Source: Macrostomum lignano
Taxonomy: Eukaryota
Reading direction: 5' to 3'
NCBI GenBank assembly: GCA_002269645.1
Contig: NIVC01000352.1
Span: 248,001-312,000 of the forward strand
DNA length: 64,000 bases
Shown here: positions 48,455 through 60,850 of the stretch, one piece after another
Layout of the letters: every line of letters begins with the position of its first letter
Numbering within the stretch: position 1 is the first letter of the stretch
Made by a program: the position numbers and the translations under genes
The notes under the pieces: generated by a model
Database searches by the model: none
Seen by the model: only the letters and a program-made list of their open reading frames with translations
Told to the model about the DNA's origin: nothing

Positions 48455-51400
48455 ACATGAACGAACTCAACTCACATGGGAATCAATTTTTAGTTTTTAA
48501 TGCTATCAATATTTAGCTTTTTTATTACGAGCAAAGCATCGATCCATGACTTAGGTTATAGAAAGTTTTCTTTAGGTGGGTTTGAAAGACACCACTTGGT
48601 TTTTAATGAAGACACCACACAAAAGTTGAAAACTTTATGCACCACACACTAACTATAATTGGAAAGATCTTAATTAATCTCTACCGGAACTTACTCGGTA
48701 CCGGCACCGAACTGGATAACATGCATGGGCGGGGGTGGAGAAAAACGATCTTGGAATCATTTTGACAGCAATGCTATGTACATCAAAGATCAGAACAGAC
48801 AAGGGGTGAAGAAGAGAGAGAGAAATTTTCTTCAACCAGTCTGTAGTCAGTCAGTTTGTCCCCCAGTCGGGGCAGTACAGAAGCTCAGCGCTTATGGTCT
48901 CACAAAAAACTAAGTCTAGTATTGGGTTATAGCGATAGATCCCAGTCAGCCGGCCATCTGGTGTGACTACAGCTGACCTCTTTAACCCATGGGGATATGC
49001 CATTGCAGTAAGGTCAAGGTCCACATGCTAAAGCACGCGGCCCCTTAGTGCTTTTACAGATCCATGCTAAGGAAAGTCACGGCTACAAAGAAGCACCCAA
49101 AGAAACTCTTATCTATCACTTCTATAACAAAAATTTGGGCGTGTAGACATCAAACAGTTCTAAGACCCTACAGTGCTACATGTACAATTTATAAGTCACC
49201 CGAGACGACAGGCTTTACTACGTGAGATGCCCCAAATGCCAAATTCTCACGTTAAAAAACCTAAAACAATGTAGGAGTCAACACACAATACTAAAAAAAT
49301 AATTTAGAGCATATAATGAAAATAGCTACTGTAGTCTTTTAAGCATACAGTGGATCGATTCCTGAATCTCGTGTAGGTCTTTTAAAGGACAGTCATCAAG
49401 GCATACAGTGTATTATTTATGCAAAAGTAAACTATATTTTCTGAATTATCTTCAAAACCTGACTTCAAATCTGAAGTAAAATAAAGCTCATTATATTAGC
49501 TCCATATTAAATAAGCTAACATTTTTATGTATTTTTGAAGTTTCTAAATATTCAATGCTGTTGAAGCTATGCAAAGCCTTCTCAAAATTTGTTTCGAAGT
49601 CCTAATAAGTACTGGCAAATCAGTGGTTTGTTTCATATTCTTGTATCAAGGAATTGGATTCGAATATGTGCTTCATTTTACAAATGAGATTTTTCCACTG
49701 GTGCTTGTTATTTTTTTCTTTTTAAATTTAGCTTATTGAAACTAAATGGTGAATGGTTGAACTTCAAAGAAAAACAGTTTTTTAATTATTTTCATACAGA
49801 AAAATTGTTCTAATATTACAGTAAATCATTTTGTTATTGTTATTGTATTGTTATACCCATTTTAGATTACTTTTATATGCTGTATGTTGTTGCATTATTA
49901 TCATTGCTTTGATAAATTTCACAGATGCATGTATTTTTTCCAAATTACTCTAAAACCAAAATAAGGTATGTGATCTTACTTTGCATGCATTTAACCAATC
50001 CAACAGCAATTTCAATGAAAGATTAAAGTTAGAATAGAAATACCGATATTTACCCTAAACTGCCTTGTTTCTGACTTTCACACTACATGTGCTAGTAAGC
50101 TATCAGATAACTTCTAAATTCTAACATCTCTACCTGGTGAGCTTGCAATTTATGCGCTCCATGAATATTACATACTTTTAGAAATTGAACAGAGTTCGCA
50201 TTTTAAAGTTACATCAAAAACAAATTTAAATGAATTTTCTGAAGAAAACGGAGAAAGTAGTATTCAAAATAATGATGATCTCATTTACATTTTCTGAATT
50301 TTTAAGAACTTGAAGACAAACAAGTTTAACAATAACGATGTCCGAAAAGAACTTTTTTCTTTGAAGTTAAAAACGTGTGGTGTAACTGTTTTTTAATAGT
50401 AAAATAAAATCAAATATGACTATTTAAGTGTGTTTATCTTTGTAACTTAATAAAAAAATAAATAGACAAAATATTACTTTTAGGTGTTTCATATGCATTT
50501 TAATTAGATATTGCAGGACAACAACTTTGTCGTCTATACATCCTTACGGTAAAATAAACAAACACGCTTATTTATTGAATATTCAAGGATTTTGTGGTTT
50601 AAAAAACCTATATGGGTTGTGGTGCCACAAATGAAAATTTTAAAGCCAAAAGAATAATATTTCATGCTTTTTAATTTTTTGTTCATAAATTCAAGCTAAG
50701 ATTTGAGAACGACCCAGGCACCAAAGTTCCTTATTTTATTTCCAAATTGTTTAAGACTAACTAGTAAGTATTAAAACAAAGAAATAACTCTGCGTTGTAA
50801 TAAAAATAAGAAAGGACTAAAATTGACTAATGATGTACAGAAACTAGTTTATTTACAATACGATTTGATTTTGAAGCAATTTCTTAAATTTTTCTTTGGC
50901 AGAATTTTCTAGAATATTCACCAGTGACGACTGCAAATTGGAAAACAAACGTGTATATAGATAGACGTTATTAATAGTTATCGTTCGTCGAAAAAAGTGT
51001 CGTTTATTCTAGAACGTCTTGAAGTTTTTTGTGTAGGCCCTAGTCAACAAGCAAACAATTATGCGATTACTCACTGAGATAGCTCATTTATTTTGTATAA
51101 AATGAATAAAACGAGATCAGTCTATTCAGTTAGGCCCTAGGCGGCAGGGCAGGCCAGTTAGGCCTATACTACAGCCTACAGCTACAGGTACGGCATATGT
51201 GAGCCTAGGCCTAATAAAGAATAGAAAAGCAAGATGTTAGTAGACCTAGTGCTTTGTATATGACAACGAAGTAGGCTGAAGGCGGCCTGAAGCCTGAAAG
51301 CCATATTGACTAATGACTATAATGTCAGTAGACATATTTTTAAAAGCCTTAGGACTAAGGACTTGAGTGTGGCACCTGGTAAAATTAGGAATCTGCAGCA

Positions 51401-52134
51401 GAATCAGAATGAAATAGCTTGCTAAAATGCGGAACGCCGGAACCTGTAGTGAAATGGTAAAATGCAGAATGAGCAATGGAATCTATTAACTTTAACTAAA
51501 ATGCACATGCAAAGTAGCTAAAGTGCATTATGATCTATTATATATAATCTTATAACAATAAAGCTTTCAAAATTTTACCAGACTTCTAGAAAGGAAATTG
51601 ATAATAATTTTCAACACCCATTAGCCATATTATTCATAAGAGAACCTATAATATCTTTTTTATACAGTTAAAATGCTATAGGCAAAGCTATATAAATTAA
51701 AAAATAACCTTTTTTATTCTTATGTTTTGCATTTTACTTCAAGTTAGGCCTAGTGGATTATGCAGTTGATTTTACATTTTACCATTTTGCTATAGATTCT
51801 ATATTTTACTGTGCTATTCTATTCTAATTCCATTGCAGATTCTGCATTTTACTGAGGAGGGTAGGCTACTCATAAGTGTAACATTGGCATGGTACACATT
51901 TTTGACTAAAAATGTTGTGGAGCATAGTGGACATAATCCTGATTATGGTCTATATCCATATCTATCCATGACCCTGGTTGTCTAAATTTTTATAGCCTAG
52001 GCCTAACTATATCATGGCTAATTAATGAATAATTTCCTGTTTTACTCTTCTTATAACTTTTAATAATTTAAAATCAAATGGCAATCACTCTCTATTGTTT
52101 ACTATAGAGAACTCTATTATTTTATTTATTTAGA

Positions 52135-52480
52135 GGGGCCATAGCCCAGTAGTAGCGCAGCTGCTCTGGTGTGCCAGCAACCCAGGCTCAATTCCAAGTG
52201 CGGTCACATTAATTTGGGGGTGAATTGGAATCTCGGCTTGGCTCTGCTTGTGCAATTAATGGCCTTGAGAGCCAACCCCCCAAGGTGCAGTAAAGTTTAC
52301 ATGCCTAACAATAAAATAAAGTTTGGGCCACTGTGGACTCCTATGTGATTGTGTGCTTATGTACGTATCTGCGCGCTTGTATGCCTGCTCAGGGGAGTTG
52401 GCAGAATGGGCAATAATGCCTCTCGCCAGTTGTGCGACAATGTCGCTTAAAGTGTGCCAGGGTGCACACAACCCCCTGCC
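52135..52480 (+). mobile_element. SINE family 2, diverged copy
   Basis: tRNA-like head (TAGCCCAGTAGTAG...GGCTCAATTCC) and GAGAGCCAACCCCCCAAGG..TACATGCCT body. Confidence 0.6.
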
Positions 52481-53007
52481 TCTAATAAAAAAACTCTATT
52501 ATTTACTATACTATTGTTTACTTTATATTGTTTTATTATTAGGCCTATATTAAAATAAGTGAAGTAAAGAATGCAAGCAACAGTTTAACTTTTCATTCAA
52601 TAATGGTATTTCATTTATTTATTATACAAAAATGGCTGGGACTGCATTTTTCTTAACTTTAGCTCCTAGCTACCATTCCAATTGCAAAATGTGATTGCTT
52701 GATATATAAAAAATATAAAAAATATATTGCTTGAGTCCTAACCTTAGAAAGTTAAAAGTTCTTCTAGGCTCACAAATTATAAAAAAAAACTAGCAACATT
52801 TATTCATTTCTATTGTTTTATCTCTCTCCTCTTTTGCCTGAAATCAAGGATTTCAATAATATTTAAGCTTAAGTCTAATATTGAGTGGCCAATATTTAGC
52901 CATATCTATATATTCTACCTAAAAACCTTTGTCATAGCCCATAGCCATAACAATTGCAATAAACTTGTCTTAGAGTTAGTTCTTAGAGCCCAAGTGCTTA
53001 AGTTAAA

Positions 53008-53353
53008 AGGCATGTCAACTCAAGCTTTTAGAGTGGAGCTCAAGTAACCTATATACACAAATGATATGTTATTCTGTTCAAATGACACCAGAAAATAGTT
53101 TGGCAAAAAAAGCAACAAGAATTAGACTTGGGAGAACAAGCAAGGGGATAATTAGGTACTATTATGTTAACTTGAGCTCATAAAGTAGAGTCTCTATAAT
53201 TATCCCTCCTTGCTTGTTCTCATTTATCCCAAGTCCAATTTTCGTCACTTTTTGCAAAACCTAGCTTTTAGTGTCATTGTGAGCAAAAATGACATATCAT
53301 TTGTGTAGATAGGTTACTCAGGCTCCACTTTATGAGCTCAAGTTGACAGGCCA
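53008..53353. mobile_element. Palindromic MITE-like element just upstream of CDC37
   Basis: Arms of about 140 bp (GGCATGTCAAC... / ...GTTGACAGGCC); the centre contains another copy of the terminal sequence (AACTTGAGCTCATAAAGT). Confidence 0.7.
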
Positions 53354-53483
53354 TTTGATTCCTGGGTTGACGAGGTTGTGGTCCAATATTGACCTTGTGC
53401 ATGACTGTTTGCCTCCTTGCTTGCTGTCATTGCCTTAATTTTTGCCATTGCCAATAACTCACTTGGTCTTGCAGCTTGCATAA

Positions 53484-55265
53484 ATGTCAAAGGGTATCAA
53501 CTACAGCAAGTGGGACCACATCGAGGTCTCCGATGACGAGGACGACACTCACCCGAATATTGACACGCCCTCGCTGTTCCGCTGGCGCCACGAGGCCCGA
53601 GTCAAGCGCATGGAGGAGCTGGCCAAGGAGAAGTCGGACTTCGAAGCCGAATGGAAGCAGGTCGCCAGCCAGATTGATGAGGCCCAGCGTCAGGCAGATG
53701 CTGGAGACTCAGCGGCTGCCAGTAGGCTGGCCCAGCTCAAGGACCGGCTGAGCAAGCTGGAGGCCCATCGCCAGGAGCTGGCCAAGAAGGAGAAGTCTCA
53801 GCCGCTGAACATCGACACCATCTGCAAGGAGGGCAAGACCAGGACAATTATTAATAAGGCGGCCGCCCAGCCGCCGAAGCCTCGCACCGATGAGGAGACT
53901 TGGAAAAATCTCGAAGAATTTAAACAAAAATACGACAAAGAGATTAAAAAGTTTGGCATGTTCTCCAAATTTGATGACGCCCAGCGATTTCTTGAGGAGC
54001 ATACGCATCTGGTTTGCGAAGCCGCCTGCGACCGATTGGTGCTGTGGTGCGTCGATCTGGCAGTTGAAGAGAAAGCCAGCCTGCTTGAATACGTTACCAA
54101 GCAGTGCATCTGCCTTCAGTTCCTGCTGAAACTCGGCGCCGAGCTGGGCACCGATCCGCGCAACTGTCTGCGCCAGTTCTACGCCCGCCTGCGCGATCCC
54201 CAGCCCGAGTACATGCGGGCATTTGAAGAGGAGCTGGCCGCGTTCAGGTGAGACATTGTCAATTTTTCCTATTGTTGCAGATTTATTAGCAGGACAGGAA
54301 CTGGTTAAACCTAATTTTATTGCCCTCATTATGCCAGATTCTCAGGATGACCAGCCTCACAGATCCTCAGGTTCATGGCAGCACACCTCACAGATCCTCA
54401 GGTTGATGACAGCACACCTACCAGATCCTCAGGTTGATGGCAGCACACCTCCCAGATCCTCAGGTTCATGGCAGCACACCTACCAGATCCTCAGGTTGAT
54501 GGCAGCACACCTCCCAGATCCTCAGGTTGATGGCAGCGCACCTCACAGATCCTCAGGTTGATGGCAGCATGCTGCACACCTACCAGATCCTCAGGTTGAT
54601 GGCAGCATGCTGCACACCTACCAGATCCTCAGGTTGATGGCGGCCACCCTCGCTGATCCTTAAGAGGCTCAGGTCATCATTCTTCCAGCTCTTTACAGCT
54701 GCTCGCAGAGGGATGTCTGTCGATAAGATAGTCAGGCCCGTTGTTCAACATGTGTGATTGCGTGCCTGCTAACAGTACCTGTGTTGCGCGCTCACAAATT
54801 TAAATTTCAATCCAAATACTCCTAGCTAATTAGCACTAACTGCTCTTCCCATCTACTCAATTCCCTTGCAGACAGCGGGTCCAGGATCGGGCCAAAGCTC
54901 GCCTAGAAGACGCCATGCGCGAATATGAGGAGGAACAGCGCCAGGCCCGGCTGGGCCCCGGCGGCCTGGACCCGGTTGAAGTGTTCGACAGCCTGCCCGA
55001 CTCGCTTAAGGCCTGCTTCGAGTCCAAAGACATTGCTCTGCTGCAGAAGACCCTAGCCGAGATGCCCATAGATGAGGCGCGCTATCATATGAAACGCTGC
55101 GTCGATAGCGGCATGTGGGTGCCCGACGCTTCGTCTAAAAAGCTTCTGGAAGGCGATGAGGCCGGCGCGGAGGCTGCGGGAGAGTCCGAGGAGGAGGCGG
55201 AGGGGGAGGCTGCGAGTGAGGGCAGAGATAAGAGCGAAGGCGATTACGCTGATCCAACCGCCTAA
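53484..55265 (+). CDS. CDC37: Hsp90 co-chaperone Cdc37, two coding exons (53484-54247, 54872-55265), 385 aa
   Basis: INYSKWDHIEVSDDEDDTHPNIDTPSLFRWRH N-terminus, LGPGGLDPVEVFDSLP and RCVDSGMWVP; the phase-2 GTGAGA...TTGCAG intron joins the exons in frame. Confidence 0.98.
54345..54655. repeat. 31-bp minisatellite in the CDC37 intron
   Basis: CAGATCCTCAGGTTGATGGCAGCACACCTAC, about 9 units. Confidence 0.9.
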
Positions 55266-55749
55266 CTCACTGTCTGTTGTCTGTAATTCCTTTCTTACAG
55301 GACTGTTTGGATGAATAATGAACCGGTCAAGTAGAAGTATAATGCACAACATTAGCAAGCTTCAACCCGTATCCTATGAGAAATCGTATTATATATATAA
55401 ATTAATTTTTGTGTTTATAATAGAATGGCGCAGTTTCTTTGTTTTCATCTGTAACGCCTTTCTGGATCATTAATTATTAAATGTCAAACATCCCAGAGCC
55501 CCCTCAAACCTTTTAGTGACCTAAAAATGGCGCTTGTTGGTGAATTTTTTGTGCACTCAAAAATGCGAATGAAATTCTGTTAAATTTAACAAACTTGAAG
55601 AGCTCAGATTAGCTGGCCAATTCATATTTGACATTATTGTTTATTATGTATTGTTTGGGTAAAATTATTACAGATATTATCCCAGACTGTAACCATCTTT
55701 ACCACACTTGCGCTCATTATATCTATATATTGAAGTCATGCTAACACAA

Positions 55750-56075
55750 ATTGCTATGGCAACCAATTTATAATGAATAAAATCGTTAGAAGTGTAGCGA
55801 TATCTATATATAATTAAGTTTGTATGGGGATTTTGTACTCCGGCTTAACCACAGTTGCCATTTAAATTGTGTTTGTGTTCTGTGGCACTTGAATTTATGG
55901 TATAGCAACAAGCTCAGCCAATCAGAAAAGTTGACGAGCGTTTTAACAAATTGGCTCAGCCAATCAGAATCGACGTGTTCCACTATAACAAATTTAGGGT
56001 CAGTTGGCTCCTATTTAAACCGCTGAGTTTTCCTGCTCGACGTCAACCTTTGAGCAGCTAAGCTGTAGGTGAGAC
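55750..56075 (+). promoter_or_regulatory. Putative promoter: X-box and tandem CCAAT boxes, then a candidate donor
   Basis: ATTGCTATGGCAAC 55750-55763; GCTCAGCCAATCAGAA twice (55912, 55954); donor-like CTGTAG|GTGAGA at about 56069. Confidence 0.45.
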
Positions 56076-56552
56076 TTACAGTTGATTGAATAAACTCAGT
56101 CGATCAATTTATCAATCATTTTTAGGAATCAAATTTGAAACCATGTCATGCACTTCAGGGCTGACGATCCGGTATCAATTCAAAGCGGCTTTAATTATGT
56201 AATGTAAAAATTCACCAGCTAAAAGCGCCATGACTGCTGTGCACAGCGCTAATTGAAGAGATGTACTTTTCTGTAGCCGAAGCTTCAATATAGGATTTTG
56301 CATGATAATGTAATAGTAGAATACATTCTCCGACCCTATATCCACATGCTAAAAATATATACAGTAGTCTCACCTTTCAAAAATCCCCTCCAAAAAGATA
56401 TTTTCGTCACTGGTCGATTGGATCCAGTCGATCAGCAGCGTTCCTTCATCGGCAAGACTTCGATTGACAGGTAATTAATAGTTTGTAGAACCTTTGGGTT
56501 GTTCTAGTAGGAAAACCGATTCGAGAGAACCTGCATGGTTCTGTGCAGAGAG

Positions 56553-57038
56553 ACTCACGTTTCACTAGCGAATCACTATCACGTACACCATTTTTTAAAA
56601 AACTTTGCCTTCGCAAAAATATGTCTGGTAAATAAACTTTTCTATTATTAATATTCGCCACGAGGTTTCGTCTCCAATTTCCGTTAACTTTTTTCACAGA
56701 GCATTGAAAATTTCTTCATGTATTGATTTGAAAAGTTTGCTATATTCTGAGGGATAAATTATGATCTTCAAAATATATAACGGCGAAAGAATTCGTTCAA
56801 GCGATATGCCTCCAAAAGCTATCACATTGCTATTTTCGCACTATCTTCTCATCGGCAATTTTCAATGCTCTCTACCTGTGAGCACTGGGACTGCTCTCTG
56901 TGAAAAAAATGTAAGCGGAAATTGGAGATTAAACCTCGGCGAATATTAATAATAAAGTTTGTTTACCAGACATTTTTGCGATGGCGAATTGTTTTTTTTT
57001 AAATGGTGTGATACTGATTCGTTAAGTGAAACGTGAGT
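56553..57038. mobile_element. MITE-like long inverted repeat (arms about 150 bp, spacer about 190 bp)
   Basis: 56553-56703 is the imperfect reverse complement of 56891-57038. Confidence 0.8.
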
Positions 57039-57313
57039 GCAGTGAGCCAGTTCTCACGGTGGTTGGTGGCGGTGGATAAACTGGCTTACCTTTTTCGGCC
57101 ATGTCTTTGGGAAAGATCAAATTATATACTGCTGCTGTCAAATGAGAAGTCTTGACTGAATGGCTCACAATTAAAATGCTAAATATTAAATATTAAATAT
57201 CACCGGTTAATTTTTAGCGATGCAGTGCAGCGCAACTACTTTTTTTATTCGCGATTCTAGCTATAGGCATGGCTCATTTGGTCTTGACGTACTAATATAG
57301 TCGGCCTCTCAAA

Positions 57314-57453
57314 GGGGTGAGGAAGGGGGGGCGATTTGGAAGAGACAGGAGAGAAGGTCGGAAAGCATGCTTTTCTATTATTAATATAGGATGAAGCATG
57401 CTTTCCGACCTTCTCTCCTGTCTCTTCCAAATCGCCCCCCCCTTCCTCACCCC
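57314..57453. repeat. Near-perfect 140-bp hairpin (arms about 59 bp)
   Basis: The arms differ only in the length of a G/C run; AT-rich loop of about 21 nt. Confidence 0.9.
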
Positions 57454-58951
57454 TATATAGACAATTGGACCAGCCGTTCCGGTTGTTGCTCTGCAAGAAC
57501 CTATTCTACTGTAATTCTATTCTACCGTCAATAGCTATTACTCTATTTAGTACCTACAAAAGTGCACTAGCAGCTTATATGATAGTATTCATATCACCAT
57601 GCAATTCAATACGTGCTAAAAGCATTCATAACCACGATTTATTAGTTGTACATTGTCCTGCCAATTTTTTTCCTAGATTGTCGCATCCATACTTTTGCAG
57701 TAAATCATAGTTTTAATGCTTGAAAAAACAAATTTAAGTGTATCCTTTTTCTAAGAAACGTAAGTTCATTTTCCTGGATCGTCAGTTGTTTATAAGTATG
57801 AAGTTTAGTACGAAGTTTATATCTGCTGTTGCAGACATTCCCATTAGACATTCCCATTAAAACGGGAATGTCTTTCAGTCAACCTGGTCACCTCAGCCTG
57901 AAGCTCAAAAAATTGATTGAAACCAATGTTAGTTTTAATATTTAAAAAATATTAAAATATAATATTGTGAAAACAATATAGGTCTAAGTAAAATATCAAT
58001 AGTTTGATGGAATACAGGACTATATTGGTCTTATTTTGGATGCTAATATCTTTTAAAAATTGTTTTGTATTTTACTTTATTTGTGGTAATAAGATTCCTA
58101 TGAAATGATGCCTAACTAGCTATTATTGTGCCACAACAAAACATTTTTGACATTAAGTCTTCTATTATCAATGCCTTAGATTTCCAATTCAATTAGCAAT
58201 TCAATTGTATTCGATTGCTGTTTCATTGGTGATGCAATTACAATGATGAGTTAATTTTATTTAATTTTGTATTACTCTGCAGTTTATTACTAATAATATT
58301 TCTAAATAGTTCTTATAGAATATTGCTATTAGAATATAAAAAACAAGATTTTAGGTGTGAATTAATTTTTTTATATTGTAACATTTTTACTTTTTTAGAT
58401 ATTATTAATTATTATCAATTGTACAATAATATAAAATAATAAGACATCAATTTTTGCATGTTACAAATTTGTTATTTGAAAATTTATGATTTTTGTCATA
58501 TCAACTCAATGTATTCATTTATATTGTTGTTCCTAATTAAGATATTATATATTTAAATTTTAAGGAAAGTATACAAAAAATATAAATTGCTGTGCCATTA
58601 CTAGGCCCTATATAATAGACTTTATAAAGTATGATTCATAACAATAGTATATGATATTAGTTAAATGGTAAAAAAGTTTAAATAGACTATTTATAATATA
58701 ATATAATATAATATTTAGATTTATAAAATATAGATCCTTCTATAAAAGTAGTATAAAAATATAAATTATATATACATATTATATTACAATACTATGCAAT
58801 TGACTATTCATATTCAATGTGATTTATACAATCGAATATGAATATTGTTGTAGCAAGATTGTAGTACCATATTTTAGTATAGTCTTAAACTATTAATATT
58901 TATTATAATATTCATTCATTTCAGTTTCCTTAATCTAATAGTTGAGCAACA

Positions 58952-60243
58952 ATGGAGAAGCTTGAAGCACTTGGTAAGTTTTTTATTTGCTAAAAAATTG
59001 GAAAACTATGCTAGCCATTGCAGCTCATTTTCAATATACTCTATATAGTACCTACAAAAGTGCACTAGCAGAACCAGATTCCATCTTGTAAGATGACCCT
59101 TAGCTAAAGTAGGCCTTTTGGCATTTATTTCTTGGGTAGATAAGCCCTTCTCATAATGTTTGAAGTTATTCAATTGTTTTTTTATACCCATACTTATGTT
59201 TCTCTCTCTAATATATCCTCAATCTAAGAGTAAGTTGTAGCCTAGTGGTTAGAGCATTGGACTCACAACTTGAAGGTCGGGGGTTCGATTCTCGACCCAC
59301 TCGGAACAATTTGTGTCCTTGAGCAAGACACTTTAACTCTGCATTGCTTCAGCTCACCCAACTGTAAAATGGGTGCCAGCATTGGCTGGGGTAATTGAGG
59401 GTGCGTGTGGCGCCCCCCCCTCCCCCAGTCCTTAGACTGAAAAGCTGTACGCAGCCTTCAGATGCGCCGCGCAATAGCTGCGGCTGAGCTATCGGTTGCA
59501 CATCTGGCCATTGAGGCAGGTACAATCAATCTAAAAGTAAATAACAAATTTCGACCTCCAATTTTGCAGCCGCCGAGCCGCAGAACCAGGCGCTGATCAA
59601 GCGAGTCGAGGACGCTTTCGGCTCGGCCGGCGCCCCGCTGCAGAAGCCCGGCCGGCTGCTGCTAGGCGAGGGCACGCTGTCCAAGGTGTGCAGAAAAAGC
59701 GAACAGCTCCGACAGTTCTTTCTGTTTAATGACATCCTCATCTACGGGATGCCGCAGTTCCGCGGCTCCTACACCAAGCAGCGGGTGCTGGAGCTGATCA
59801 GCCTCAGCGTGCAGCCTGTGCCCGGCCAGCCCCGCGCTCTCGACCTGCACTCGCCGCAGAAGAGCTTCCGGGTGGTGTGCAACACGGCCGCCGAGGCCGA
59901 GCAGTGGGCCCAGCGCATCCGACTCTGCTCCGAGGACTGCCGCAGGCGGCTCGGCCTGTCAGCCGGCATTTCGCCGGCCGCCGAGACTTCGCCAATCTGG
60001 GTGCCGGACAGCGCCGCCTCGGTGTGCATGCACTGCAAGACTGCCCAGTTTGGCGTTGTTAATCGGCGCCATCATTGCCGGCGCTGCGGCGCCGTTGTCT
60101 GCGCGCCCTGCTCAAATCGTACCTGGCTGTTTCCCAGCATCAGCGCCACTCCGCAGCGGGTGTGCCTGACCTGCTACAACAAGTTGAGCAGCCACTCGAC
60201 TGCCGGTGCCTCCAGCTCGGCCAATGCTGACCAAAGCGAGTGA
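58952..60243 (+). CDS. PH and FYVE domain protein, PLEKHF/phafin family, paralogue A (exons 58952-58973 and 59570-60243; 231 aa)
   Basis: MEKLEAL|AAEPQNQALIKRVEDAFG..PGRLLLGEGTLSKVCRK..RQFFLFNDILIYG (PH) and WVPDS..CMHC..RRHHCRRCG..CAPCS..RVCLTC (FYVE); the phase-1 GTAAGT...TTGCAG intron gives 696 nt in frame. Confidence 0.93.
59237..59533 (+). mobile_element. tRNA-derived CORE-like SINE (family 1, copy B) in the PLEKHF intron
   Basis: TAGCCTAGTGG A box, GGTTCGATTCT B box, CCTTGAGCAAGACACTTTAACTC...CTGTAAAATGGG; matches 6722-6997. Confidence 0.82.
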
Positions 60244-60296
60244 TTGATATCTTGTTGTGGCTTTTCTGTGTGCTTGATGGGTTTTGTCTGAATCAC

Positions 60297-60688
60297 AGAT
60301 ACTAAAATAACCTAAATGGGCCACTCAGGCATAGACTTGGTAAAACCGCTTTCTACTTTCAGTTCAGTAGCAAAGAAGAATACATAAGCTATTTTATAAA
60401 AATAAAGCCAGCTGAAACGACTTCAATAAGTTTAGAAGCCCAAGCTTGCAGGCGTAAACAGCTTGCTAATTGGTTCAGCAATAATGTACATTAGCCAGTC
60501 CACTGAAATGTACATGGCAGGGCGTAGTGTGGAAAGGCGCGTTTGGAGGTTTAAGTGGGGGTAAGAGCCAATAAATGAGCCTTGGCTTTAAAAAGACATT
60601 AAGATGCTTCTGTTTAACTTGCTACTGAACTGAAAGTAGTTTGCACGCAAATGTGCTGAGTGGCCTATCTAGTTATTCTAGTATCTGA
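60297..60688. mobile_element. MITE with imperfect TIRs of about 35 bp
   Basis: CAGATACTAAAATAACC..GGCCACTCAG at the left end versus CTGAGTGGCC..GTTATTCTAGTATCTG at the right end; related to 28430-28618. Confidence 0.65.
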
Positions 60689-60714
60689 TTTTGTCTAAAC
60701 TGGAACTCAAGCCA

Positions 60715-60850
60715 CACAAAACCCAAGCCACATGAAACCCAAGCTATTTGTATCATAACCCATGTCAGTGGAACCCAAGCCACCTGGAACCCAAGCCACC
60801 TGGAACCCAAGCCACCTGGAACCCAAGCCACCTGGAACCCAAGCCACATG
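60715..60850. repeat. 16-bp repeat (GGAACCCAAGCCACCT)
   Basis: About 5 good units plus degenerate ones. Confidence 0.85.

Larger units (their letters stand above)
44386..50715 (+). mobile_element. Full-length Sola2-like DNA transposon (6330 bp)
   Basis: 14-bp TIR GGGTCGTTCTCAAA (44386-44399) / TTTGAGAACGACCC (50702-50715); 4-bp TSD AGGC on both sides; encloses a single long transposase ORF. GRG termini plus a 4-bp TSD fit Sola2 as I recall it. Confidence 0.75.

Noticed and set aside
57540-57573. 33-bp sequence duplicated at about 59040-59072
   Set aside because: Real but short, with no structure or boundaries suggesting function; likely a fragment of a dispersed repeat.
59237-59310. Possible tRNA gene (also 39785-39860 and 52135-52210)
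   Set aside because: A and B boxes are present but there is no complete acceptor stem or T-run terminator, and the sequence continues into a SINE body found elsewhere in the window.
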